Source: an uncultured delta proteobacterium (lineage in GTDB: Bacteria; Desulfobacterota; Binatia; UBA9968). From it: DNA of 64,000 bases. The translations under genes and the position numbers were made by a program. Numbering within the stretch: position 1 is the stretch's first letter; each line of letters begins with the position of its first letter. Positions 9,387 to 18,456 of this stretch are shown one piece after another. The notes under the pieces were generated by a model. It searched no databases. It saw only the letters and a list, made by a program, of their open reading frames with translations, and was not told the DNA's origin. The DNA lies in NCBI GenBank assembly GCA_963755715.1, contig CAVWLW010000033.1, forward strand, positions 32,001-96,000. The letters run 5' to 3'.

Positions 9387-9668
9387 ATGCCGAAAGTGAC
9401 GTTTATGCCGGTCGGCCAGTCGTTTGAAGTGGCGGCGGGGACGACGATCCTGGTTTCGGCGATCCAGAACGGCTTGCAGCTGCGCCACGACTGCACCGAA
9501 GCGATTTGCGGCACGGACCGGGTGAAGATCCTTTCCGGTAAAGAACAGCTGAGTGAAAAGAATGAGAACGAGGAATTGACCCTCGAAATGATGAACGCGG
9601 GGCCGGACGAAAGACTCGCTTGCGTCGCGCGGGTTGTCGGCGACGTGACTGTCCAAGTGATCGAGTAA
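9387..9668 (+). CDS. 2Fe-2S ferredoxin with atypical C-x4-C-x2-D...C ligand set
   Basis: HDCTEAICGTDRV...ERLAC; starts 3 nt after the IspH-like stop. Confidence 0.85.
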   Translation: MPKVTFMPVGQSFEVAAGTTILVSAIQNGLQLRHDCTEAICGTDRVKILSGKEQLSEKNENEELTLEMMNAGPDERLACVARVVGDVTVQVIE

Positions 9669-9686
9669 ACGACCCAAGGAGGATCG

Positions 9687-10793
9687 ATGGCGGCGCCAGT
9701 GGCGATTCTAGCAAAACCGGACGATCATCGCGGTATTCTCACCATGGCGGAGGCGGTCAATGCTATGATCGAGGCGTTTCGCAATTGGGCGCAGGACCCG
9801 CTGGTGGCGGAGCTTCGGCGGCGCACGCATACGCCGAAGAACGTACGAATTACTTTACACCAGGGCGCCGCGCCGGCTTACGGCACGACGGGCATCATGG
9901 CGCACGCGGAGCTTGTGCGCATTTTCGGCGACAAACAAAAATATCCGCGCCGCGGCCGCCCGGTGCTGGTGCTTTACGACAGCGACACCGCGGCTTTGAA
10001 ACTCATTCTAATCGGCGAAATGCATCCCAAAGAGCTGCCGGATGCAAACAGCGTGGTGGCGATGCCGACGGCCTGCGCTTCGATGGTCGGGACCGATCTG
10101 CTCGCGCGCAAAGATTGCCGGGTCGCGGGGATTTTCGGCGCCGGGGATCAGGCCAGACTGCACCTCCTCGCGCTCACCTGTATTCGGAAATCGATCAATA
10201 AAGTGCGTGTCTTCAGCCCGACCCGCGAAACCCGAGAAAAGTTCGCTGCGGAAATGAGCGCGGTTTTGAGTATCGAAGTCAGCGCCGCTGATTCTGCCGC
10301 AGAGGTGGTCGACGGCGCCGACGTGATCGTGTGCGCGACCAATTCGAACGTTCCTGTCTTTGACGGTAATTGGCTGGTTCCCGGCCAGCATGTCACCTCG
10401 ATCGTTTCGAGCAACATCGGATTGAAAAAGAGAGGCTATGTCGACCAAATGCGCCGTGAGATCGACGAGCGGACTCTGGAGCGCGCCGACATTTTGATGA
10501 CCAATGTTTGGGGACAGGAAGAACTGGACAAGACCGCAGTGTTTTGGGAAGCCTCACTCGATCGTCCGAATATCGCGCGCAAGATCGTCGACGCCGGAGA
10601 GGTGATTCGCGGTGAAAAAAACGGACGGACCGACGCTTCTCAAATCACCTATTTCAAAAACTGCGCGTTTTGGGGCATCGGCGCCGCGGCCATCGGCGGG
10701 CTGATCTACGACAAACTTTTGCAGCAGCGCAAGGGATTGGTGCTCGACTTCAACCCGCATGAATTTTATGACGATGCGTGGACGGAGGATTAG
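9687..10793 (+). CDS. Ornithine cyclodeaminase / mu-crystallin family protein
   Basis: GIFGAGDQARLH Rossmann motif, ADVIVCATNS, GQHVTSI, ITYFKN; AGGAGG RBS. Confidence 0.85.
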   Translation: MAAPVAILAKPDDHRGILTMAEAVNAMIEAFRNWAQDPLVAELRRRTHTPKNVRITLHQGAAPAYGTTGIMAHAELVRIFGDKQKYPRRGRPVLVLYDSDTAALKLILIGEMHPKELPDANSVVAMPTACASMVGTDLLARKDCRVAGIFGAGDQARLHLLALTCIRKSINKVRVFSPTRETREKFAAEMSAVLSIEVSAADSAAEVVDGADVIVCATNSNVPVFDGNWLVPGQHVTSIVSSNIGLKKRGYVDQMRREIDERTLERADILMTNVWGQEELDKTAVFWEASLDRPNIARKIVDAGEVIRGEKNGRTDASQITYFKNCAFWGIGAAAIGGLIYDKLLQQRKGLVLDFNPHEFYDDAWTED

Positions 10794-10980
10794 ATCCGGT
10801 TGATTGAGAGAGAATGTGGATTACCGTGAAGATGATTAAAGTGAGGGATGCTTAGATTGCGCGGAACAACTCCGAGGAAGAGACGACAGATGGCTGACTG
10901 AGATGATTGGCGGAGATGCGTTCATGTCAGCCGCACGCCAAGTACGCCCAGATAGGCTGTCGACCGAAAAAGGATTAGCG

Positions 10981-11535
10981 ATGCCTTACATCAGAACCAT
11001 TCCGCCGCAGAGGCGACCGGCAAGCTCAAAGAAGTTTACGAGTCGCTGGCGGCGGGCCTTCGGCGGCGAGGGGAAAAGTCGCGATGGTGCGCCAAGTGCA
11101 GAGTTTGAATCCCGACGCTCTCATGGCGTGGAGCGACCTAGGCGCTGAGATCATGCACGGGCGGTCGAACTATTACGCGGCGCCAGCGCGAAATGATCGC
11201 GACCGTCGTGTCGGCGACGAATCACTGTAGCTATTGAACGACCGCTCACGGAGAGGCTCTCCGTACAGAGACCGACGACGATCCGTTCGTCGAAGCGATC
11301 AAGCAGGACTACACCAAAGTCGATTTGCCGGCCGAATGAGCGGGCGATGTTGGACTACGCTGTAAAGCTCACCATCGCACCGTCGAGCGTCGGGGAGGAA
11401 GACATCAAAATCTTGCGCTCACACGGCTTCGACGATCGCGATATCCTCGACATCATCTACGTGATTTGTCTGTACAACTTTAACGATCGGATCGCCGATG
11501 CCACAGGAATCAAAGCACACGATTTTCTTCGATAA
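10981..11535 (+). CDS. AhpD/CMD-like peroxidase-related protein with CxxU selenocysteine motif (four apparent frameshifts)
   Basis: Reconstruction MPYIRTIP..EATGKLKEVY..QSLNPDAL..ITRRQREMIATVVSATNHCSY(TGA)TTAHGEALR..ERAMLDYAVKLT..YNFNDRIADATG; TGA at 11235-11237. Confidence 0.75.
11248..11264 (+). promoter_or_regulatory. Putative bacterial SECIS hairpin
   Basis: ACGGAG-AGGCT-CTCCGT; G-containing loop starts 16 nt after the in-frame TGA. Confidence 0.6.
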
Positions 11536-11642
11536 GGGATCAACTAGTTATTTGCAGAAATAGGTTCAATGATCACGACAGGGCCTCGGAACGAAGCTAA
11601 CGGTGTGCGTTCGGCAAGCACCCTAGCTGAAGGAAAGATTGG

Positions 11643-12431
11643 ATGATCGAGCTCTATCACAACGACATGTCGGTGTGCGCGCAAAAAGTTCGATTCACGC
11701 TCGCGGAGAAAAAGCTTGCGTGGGAAGGCCATCATTTGAATCTTCGCGCCGGCGATCAACAGGAACCGGAATATTTGAAGCTCAATCCGAATGCTGTGGT
11801 GCCGACCCTCGTAGACGATGGGAATATCATCATCGAGTCCACGGTCATCTGCGAATATCTCGACGACGCCTATCTTGAGCCGAAGCTTAAACCGGTCAAT
11901 GCGCTGGGGCGCGCACGCATGCGCTTGTGGACCAAGCAGCTTGATGAGGGCGTACACGCGGCGACCAGCGTCGTCAGCTCGGCGATCGCGTTTCGTTATC
12001 AAAAGCTTGCCATCGGCATGGAAGCGCTCGAAGAATTCCACAAAAAGATGCCCGATCCGGTGAAGCGGGAAAAGAGCTGGGAGAACGTTACCAAAGGCGT
12101 CGAGTCGCGCTTCTTTCCCGAGGCGATCCAGCGCTTCGACAAATTGCTCGCGGACATGGAGGCTTCATTAAAGGAATCATCGTGGCTCGCCGGAAATGAG
12201 TTTTCCCTCGCAGATATCGGCTACGCGCCGTACATTACCCGGCTCGATCATCTGCAACTGCAATTTCTCTGGGACAAGCGGCCTCATATTCCCGATTGGT
12301 ACGACCGCTTGCGCGAGCGCCGGGCTTACACGGAAGCACTGGAAAAATGGTTCAACGCCAACTATCTGCCGCTGATGAAAGAAAAGGGTCTCGAAGTTCG
12401 CGACAAAGTCAAAGCGATCGTGGCGGAATAA
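11643..12431 (+). CDS. Glutathione S-transferase family protein
   Basis: SVCAQKVR, LNPNAVVPTL, IIESTVICEYLDD, WLAGNEFSLADI. Confidence 0.92.
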   Translation: MIELYHNDMSVCAQKVRFTLAEKKLAWEGHHLNLRAGDQQEPEYLKLNPNAVVPTLVDDGNIIIESTVICEYLDDAYLEPKLKPVNALGRARMRLWTKQLDEGVHAATSVVSSAIAFRYQKLAIGMEALEEFHKKMPDPVKREKSWENVTKGVESRFFPEAIQRFDKLLADMEASLKESSWLAGNEFSLADIGYAPYITRLDHLQLQFLWDKRPHIPDWYDRLRERRAYTEALEKWFNANYLPLMKEKGLEVRDKVKAIVAE

Positions 12432-12459
12432 CTCTGCCTGAATTCCTGAAAGGTGAAAT

Positions 12460-13011
12460 ATGGAAAGCGCCGGATTGGTGTTGGGTGCTTTGGGTCGCGT
12501 TCGTCAAATGGTGCGCGAGGCGATCAGCGACTTAAGCGCGGACGAAATGCTCGCCCCACCCAAACCGCATATCGCCTGGCTCACTTGGCACATCGCGCGG
12601 GTCCAGGACGCTAATTTTTCTGGGCTTCTCGAGCGACCGCAGTTGTGGATCACCGATCGCTGGCACGAGCGCTTCGGTATGGCTCCCAATCCGCGGGATT
12701 ACGGCTCCGGCCATCGGCAATCCCGCGAGCAAGTCGATGCGTTTACTGTCACGGACAAAACATTGTTGCTCGATTATCTCGACGCCGTCTTCGCGCAAAC
12801 CAAAGACTACTTGTCGACTGTTACCAACGCCGATTTGAACCGAGTCCTCAACGAACCGCAATACTCTCCATTGCCCACCCTCAGCGTCCGTCTCGCCAGC
12901 GTCATCAATTGCAACACGCGCCACGCCGGTCAGATCGAATATCTGCGCGGCCTGGTCAAATACGGCGGTTGGTTTCCTGGTGCGGAAAAGCGAAGCAGTT
13001 CCGGGACATAG
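12460..13011 (+). CDS. DinB-family (thiol S-transferase-like) protein
   Basis: IAWLTWHIARVQD and C-terminal RHAGQIEYLRG. Confidence 0.8.
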   Translation: MESAGLVLGALGRVRQMVREAISDLSADEMLAPPKPHIAWLTWHIARVQDANFSGLLERPQLWITDRWHERFGMAPNPRDYGSGHRQSREQVDAFTVTDKTLLLDYLDAVFAQTKDYLSTVTNADLNRVLNEPQYSPLPTLSVRLASVINCNTRHAGQIEYLRGLVKYGGWFPGAEKRSSSGT

Positions 13012-13183
13012 CGCTGTACCAGTGGCTGGTGTCGACCCTAGAGCCGGCGAGACTGTTTCGCTAAAGGTTCAGGAGCATCTGTCGGTCGCTTGCATGTGCC
13101 ATTGCCCTGGATCTCGCCTGCACGGTTCCTCTTGCTCCCCGTCCCGTTTCCGCAGTAGAGATTAAAGGGGAAGGGGCCGGACT

Positions 13184-14343
13184 ATGAAATTCTCAATCTT
13201 CATGATGCCGCTGCATCATCCGACAGAAAATCCGTCGCTGGCGTTCGATCGCGATATCTCGCTGATCCACTATGCGGAAGAGCTTGGCTATGACGAGTTC
13301 TTTATCGGCGAGCATCACTCCGGCGGTTGGGAAACCATGCCCGCGCCGGAAATGGCTCTGGCCAAAGCATCGGCGCATGCCCACCGCATTCGCCTTGGCA
13401 CGTCGGTCATCAGCGTGCCGTTTCATCATCCGTTTCACGTCGCCGAGCGGATGGCGTTTCTCGATCATCTCACGAAGGGCCGCGCTATTCTCGGCGTCGG
13501 CCCCTGCGCTCTGGTCACGGACAAGAATCTTTTCGGCCTCGCTACTGAAAAGCTCTACCCGATGATGGCTGAGTCGGTGGATATCATCGTACGCTTGCTC
13601 GAATCGCCCGAGCCGATCGACTACGACGGTCAGTACTGGAAGATCCATCAAATGCGCTTGCAGCTCCGTTCCTACCAACAGCCGCGCATGCCGCTCGCGA
13701 TCGCGTCGTCGGGGAATCCGGTGAGCCTCGAACTGGCCGGCAAGTACGGCATGCTGTTTCTGTCGCCGGCGGGGAAAAATAAGAGAAACAATCAAACCAA
13801 GGCGGAACAATGGAATGACGTCGAAGCGTATCGCCAGCGAAGTCACGGCACGCAAACTTCGCGCGACAATTGGCGCATCGCAACCTGCGTGTATCTCGCC
13901 GACAGCCGGGAAGAGCGTGGCGCGATGTCGAGGAGAATGTCGCGCGCGACATGCAGTATTTTTTCGCCATCGGTCTGAAAGCTCCTTACGAGGCGTACCC
14001 TGGACAGCCGGCGCAAGAAATCACGCCGCGTTCCGGCGCCGACCGGCGCGACTGGATTATCGGCACGCCGGACGACGCGATCGCGCAGATCGAACGCATG
14101 CAGACGGAAACCGGCGGCTTCGGCGGGCTTATGTTGACCACACATGAGTGGGCGAGCACGGAAAAGCTGCGGCACTCTTATGAGCTTTTCGCGCGCTACG
14201 TCATGCCGCACTTTCGCGGCCATACTCAAGGATACCGCGACGAGTGGCAGCGCATTCAGCAAGCAGTCACGAACGGCGGCAGTAAACTCACTCACACCGA
14301 TCAGCCGAGCGATCTGTCGAGTAAAGCTGGCGCGAGGTCATAA
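13184..14343 (+). CDS. LLM-class flavin-dependent monooxygenase (limonene monooxygenase-like), frameshift near 13912
   Basis: FFIGEHHSGGWE, IRLGTSV, DHLTKGR; continues in another frame WIIGTPDD...SYELFARYVMPHF. Confidence 0.85.
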
Positions 14344-14381
14344 GCGCCGCCGCGGCTCCATGCCGTTCAATACCAGAAAAT

Positions 14382-14729
14382 CTACTGGCGGGAATTGAGT
14401 TGTTGGATGTCGTCTGCCGCCATCCTCCGTCTGGCGATTGCTCGCGCTATTTCGATTCTTTTCTCAGCGATGTAGGCAAGATGCTCCGTTTCAACAACGT
14501 CGTTCTCTGTTGTCCATACACGCTCGGCTTGATCGAGCGTTAACCGCGCCCTATCCAGTGCTACTCCGGCGCGTCTGACTAGTTCGCGGTCTTGCCGCGC
14601 GCGATCGTAGTCGTCGCGCGCCCGCTGCAACGCTGGATTGCTTACGGCGCCGCAACCCAACGATAAAATCGCCAGCGATAAGAGCACCGCGCCAAGGCAC
14701 CTGGGATCGAGAAAGACATTGGGCTTCAT
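14382..14729 (-). CDS. DUF4398-domain lipoprotein
   Basis: Lipobox LSLGC; helical EHLAYIAEKRIEIA motif. Confidence 0.7.
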   Translation of the reverse strand: MKPNVFLDPRCLGAVLLSLAILSLGCGAVSNPALQRARDDYDRARQDRELVRRAGVALDRARLTLDQAERVWTTENDVVETEHLAYIAEKRIEIARAIARRRMAADDIQQLNSRQ

Positions 14730-14732
14730 AAA

Positions 14733-15182
14733 CTACTCCTTGGTGGAAACGGGTGATGATGGCAGCCCTGTAGCGCGTTCGCTTTCGGACCGAAACGGGT
14801 CGAGCCGGCGCCGCAGATCGTCCGCCGCCCGGCGGGTAATTTCCGCTTCGGCCTTGGCCGCTGCGAGCTCGGCCTCGACTTGAGCGGTTTCGGCGAGCCG
14901 ACGCGCGTCGTCGTATTTTTTGGCGGCCATCGCCTTTTTAGACGCTTCGAGCTTCTCTCTGGCGCTTTGTAAATCCATCGGCGCGAGCTCATCAGCCCGC
15001 GCCTCGCTCGCCGCGCGCACGTCCAATTCCGCTTGGGACAAGATCCCGGTTGGTGGTTTGGCGCTGCTGCAGCCGATATTTTCAAAAACGAATAAGATCA
15101 ACAAAGACGGAAGAATTCCGACGCGAAAGGATTTTTTCTGCCGCCGCGTCAGGTCACGGTTCGGATCGGAGATCGCGCGCAT
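14733..15182 (-). CDS. DUF4398-domain lipoprotein
   Basis: IGC lipobox-like; ADELAPMDLQSAREKL...ARRLAETAQVEAELA. Confidence 0.75.
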   Translation of the reverse strand: MRAISDPNRDLTRRQKKSFRVGILPSLLILFVFENIGCSSAKPPTGILSQAELDVRAASEARADELAPMDLQSAREKLEASKKAMAAKKYDDARRLAETAQVEAELAAAKAEAEITRRAADDLRRRLDPFRSESERATGLPSSPVSTKE

Positions 15183-15430
15183 GATTTTCCTCCCAGTTGG
15201 TCAATCGAACCAAGCCGTAGACGTCAGATGCAGCCGAGATCGGCGTGCTAATCGATTCGCCTAAATTGTATAACTCTCGATGTTAAGTACAAGTAGACAT
15301 AGTGTCCCACGTCTCCGCGTGCTTTTCGACCGGTGGACGCGCTGGGATGATCCTTATTTGTTGAAGCCGAGGTGTCGGAATTTGCGATGCATCTTTTCGC
15401 CCCGGCGAAAAATATATAAAGACTGAAGCC

Positions 15431-16645
15431 GTGAATTTAGCTCCGCTTTTTTACCGCGTGCCGCTCGCCATGCCTTATTGGAATGGCGCGATTTATCGAA
15501 GCGTGCTCCGTTCATTCTGTTCCGGGCGCGTCATCGATGGCGCAGACCTTGACGATCTGAGATCACGGCTAGTCCAAGAGCTTGGAGTCGAGGACGCGCT
15601 TCTGTGCGGTTCGGGAAGCTTGGCCCTCGAGATTGCGCTGCGCGCGTGCAAAGTGGCACGGGGCGACGAAGTGGTGATTCCGACCTTTTGCTGCACTGCC
15701 GTAGTTGCCCCGATTGTAGCGACGGGCGCGACGCCGGTTCTGGCGGACGTCGGTGAAGAGCTCAATCTTACGGTCGAGACGGTGCGACCGGTATTGACCC
15801 AGAAAACCCGCGCGATCATTGTGCCGCACCTTTTTGGCAATCCCGCCGACATCGAAGGGATCGCAGAACTGGCCGCGCGGAAAAACATTCGCGTGATCGA
15901 TGACGCCGCGCAAGCGCTTGGCGCGACGATCGACGGCCGGCCGGTCGGGAGCTTCGGCGCTGCCGGTATTCTCAGCTTTGGTAACGAAAAAGTTTGCTTC
16001 GGTCTCGGCGGCGGTATGGCTATTTTTCGCGATAAAAAACTTTTGCCGAGTGATTTGCGGTTACAACTCGCCCAGCCGAAGTTTTTGCCCACGCTTGGAA
16101 AACTCGCATCGACGCTGTGCGCGTGGCGTTGGCGCCGGTTGACGGCGCCGCTATTGAAATTATCCTCGGGGCTGCGACACCGAAGTCCCGAGTCAGCTCC
16201 GATAGCGTATCGGCGCGAATCGATGGCCAATCTCCAAGCAGCAGTCGCCAAGAATTTAATGCAAACCCTGCGTGAGAATATTCAAGCGCGCCGCGAGCGC
16301 GTGCGTGCCTATCAAAACTTACTGGCAGGAGTAGCGGGTTTACAACTGATTCCGCACCAGAGCGGCTCTGCCTGTTTAAGTCAGGTTGTGCGTTTGTTGC
16401 GTCCGAATGACCGCCGCGACTTGGCTGTGAACGCAATCACGGCGCTGGATCGGAGCGGTTATGAAATTCAGGGCAGCTACGTGCCCATTCATCTCCTGAG
16501 CAATTTCGGCATGTGTGTTTGGGATCATCTTCCTTATGCAGAAAGAATTTGGGCTGATCTCATCGAGCTGCCTTGCGAACCTGACGTGGAGCTCACTCAA
16601 GTCGAGCAAATCAGCGCGATTGTCAAAGCGAGCGTTCATTCGTAG
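15431..16645 (+). CDS. DegT/DnrJ/EryC1/StrS PLP-dependent aminotransferase family protein
   Basis: GDEVVIPTFCC, AIIVPHLFG, IDDAAQALG, SFGNEK (PLP lysine). Confidence 0.85.
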   Translation: MNLAPLFYRVPLAMPYWNGAIYRSVLRSFCSGRVIDGADLDDLRSRLVQELGVEDALLCGSGSLALEIALRACKVARGDEVVIPTFCCTAVVAPIVATGATPVLADVGEELNLTVETVRPVLTQKTRAIIVPHLFGNPADIEGIAELAARKNIRVIDDAAQALGATIDGRPVGSFGAAGILSFGNEKVCFGLGGGMAIFRDKKLLPSDLRLQLAQPKFLPTLGKLASTLCAWRWRRLTAPLLKLSSGLRHRSPESAPIAYRRESMANLQAAVAKNLMQTLRENIQARRERVRAYQNLLAGVAGLQLIPHQSGSACLSQVVRLLRPNDRRDLAVNAITALDRSGYEIQGSYVPIHLLSNFGMCVWDHLPYAERIWADLIELPCEPDVELTQVEQISAIVKASVHS

Positions 16646-16900
16646 CAGGTGTGCCGGCCCATTTTTCGTATTTTTCGCGCTGTAGGCTGCGCGCCAAATT
16701 GCCGTGGTGATTCCTGTCTTCCGCTCGACGCAAACCGGAAGTTTGTGATAACCCTCGGGGAGATGAGCGCCGCCTCGCCGATCAATATTTTTACGCTTTG
16801 GTTCTTCCTTCGTTGTTTCTGCTTCTACGTGCAGATTCTCCCGTCCGTTCGATTGCTAATCTAAATCAATGCTGAGCGCGCGTGAAATTTACGAGGTTCC

Positions 16901-18358
16901 ATGAACGATCTTCACTTTATCGACACCACCGTGCGCGACGGGCAGTTGAGCCTTTGGGCGCTCGGCATGAAAACCGGCGCGATGCTCGCTATCGCCGAGC
17001 AGATGGACCGGTGCGGCTTCGAGTCCATGGAGTTCTTTGGCTTTGCCGGCTACATCAAGATGGTTCGCGAGCACAAAGAAAATCCTTGGGACTGGATGGG
17101 ATTGGGCGCGAAGAAGTTTCGCCGCACGCGGCTGCGCTACCATGGCGGGCTTGCCACCGGCTTCGAGAAAATACCGCGCTCGGTGCGATTGCTGATGATC
17201 GAGCGCGTGGTGGCGCATGGCATTACGCTCACGCGCTCCTCGGATCCGTGGAACGACTACGAAGCCGCGGCGCGAGAGATCGAGGCGCTGAAAAAGCTCG
17301 GCATGGACGTGGTCATCAACATCATCTATTCGGTATCGCCGCGCCACACCGATGCATACTACGCCGAGCGCGCGCGCCAAGCCGCGGCGATCCAGCCTTA
17401 CCGGATTTGCTTCAAGGACGTGGGCGGGTTGCTGACTCCCGACCGCGCCCGCACGCTGATCCCGCTGATCCAACAAAACATCGGCGCCGTGCCGCTCGAG
17501 TTTCACGCCCACTGCAACAACGGCATGGCGCCGTTCAACTATCTCGAGGCGATCAAGCTCGGCGTCGACACCCTGCACACGGCGATACCGCCGCTGGCCA
17601 ACGGTTCGTCGCAGCCGTCGATTTTTAACATCGCCGCCAACGCCCGCGCGCTCGGCTTTAACCCGCTCGTCGATCTCGAAGCGATCAAGCCGGTTGAACA
17701 GCATTTCACTTACATCGCCAAGCGCGAAGGCCACCCGTCTGGCGCGCAGCGCGAATACGATCACGCGCAGTACTTGCATCAGGTGCCCGGCGGCATGATC
17801 TCCAACTTGCGCCATCAGCTGCGCACGATGGGTAGGGAAAATCGCTTGCAGGAAACTTTAGAGGAAGCGGGGCGGGTGCGCGCTGAGTTCGGCTATCCGA
17901 TCATGGTGACGCCGCTAGCGCAGTTCGTCGGCAGCCAGGCGGCGATCAACATCATTACCGGCGAGCGCTACAAGGAGGTGACCGATCAATCGATTCAGTA
18001 CGCGCTTGGGCATTGGGGCAAAGAAGCGCCGGCGGTGATGGATGAAAATATTAAAGACAAGATTCTCAATCGTCCGCGCGCCGACGATTGGCGCAAATGG
18101 TCGCCGCCGGATCTCTCGCTGCACCAAGTGCGGCAAAAATTTGGCGCGCCGGGTGTGTCGGATGAAGAATTGGTTTTGCGCGTGATCGCCGGCGAGGCTG
18201 CCGTCCAAGCGATGCTCGCGGCCGGCGCGCCCAGAGAATATCTCAGTGCGACACAACCCTTGATCAAATTAATCGGCGAGCTTGCAAAGCGCAAAGATTG
18301 TAATCAGGTTTACGTCCGAAAAGGCGAGCTGGTGCTTTGCTTGGAGAAAGAAAGCTAG
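16901..18358 (+). CDS. Carboxyltransferase (pyruvate carboxylase B / OadA-like) without biotinyl domain
   Basis: DTTVRDGQ, FKDVGGLL, FHAHCNNG, HQVPGGMISNL, GYPIMVTPLAQFVG; no EAMK biotin motif. Confidence 0.85.
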   Translation: MNDLHFIDTTVRDGQLSLWALGMKTGAMLAIAEQMDRCGFESMEFFGFAGYIKMVREHKENPWDWMGLGAKKFRRTRLRYHGGLATGFEKIPRSVRLLMIERVVAHGITLTRSSDPWNDYEAAAREIEALKKLGMDVVINIIYSVSPRHTDAYYAERARQAAAIQPYRICFKDVGGLLTPDRARTLIPLIQQNIGAVPLEFHAHCNNGMAPFNYLEAIKLGVDTLHTAIPPLANGSSQPSIFNIAANARALGFNPLVDLEAIKPVEQHFTYIAKREGHPSGAQREYDHAQYLHQVPGGMISNLRHQLRTMGRENRLQETLEEAGRVRAEFGYPIMVTPLAQFVGSQAAINIITGERYKEVTDQSIQYALGHWGKEAPAVMDENIKDKILNRPRADDWRKWSPPDLSLHQVRQKFGAPGVSDEELVLRVIAGEAAVQAMLAAGAPREYLSATQPLIKLIGELAKRKDCNQVYVRKGELVLCLEKES

Positions 18359-18401
18359 CGCTTCGGCTTCGATCCGATTCGGCGGCAGCTTCATTGCACA
18401 G

Positions 18402-18438
18402 AAAAAAAGGCCCGAGCTCTTTTAGGCTCGGGCCTTTT
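18402..18438. terminator. Bidirectional Rho-independent terminator
   Basis: AAAAAAAGGCCCGAGC ... GCTCGGGCCTTTT between convergent genes. Confidence 0.85.
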
Positions 18439-18456
18439 CATTTCGGCTTGCGACTC

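Noticed and set aside
11335-11341. Second TGA in the AhpD-like gene as another Sec
   Set aside because: Homology continues in a different frame (ERAMLDY), so it results from an indel
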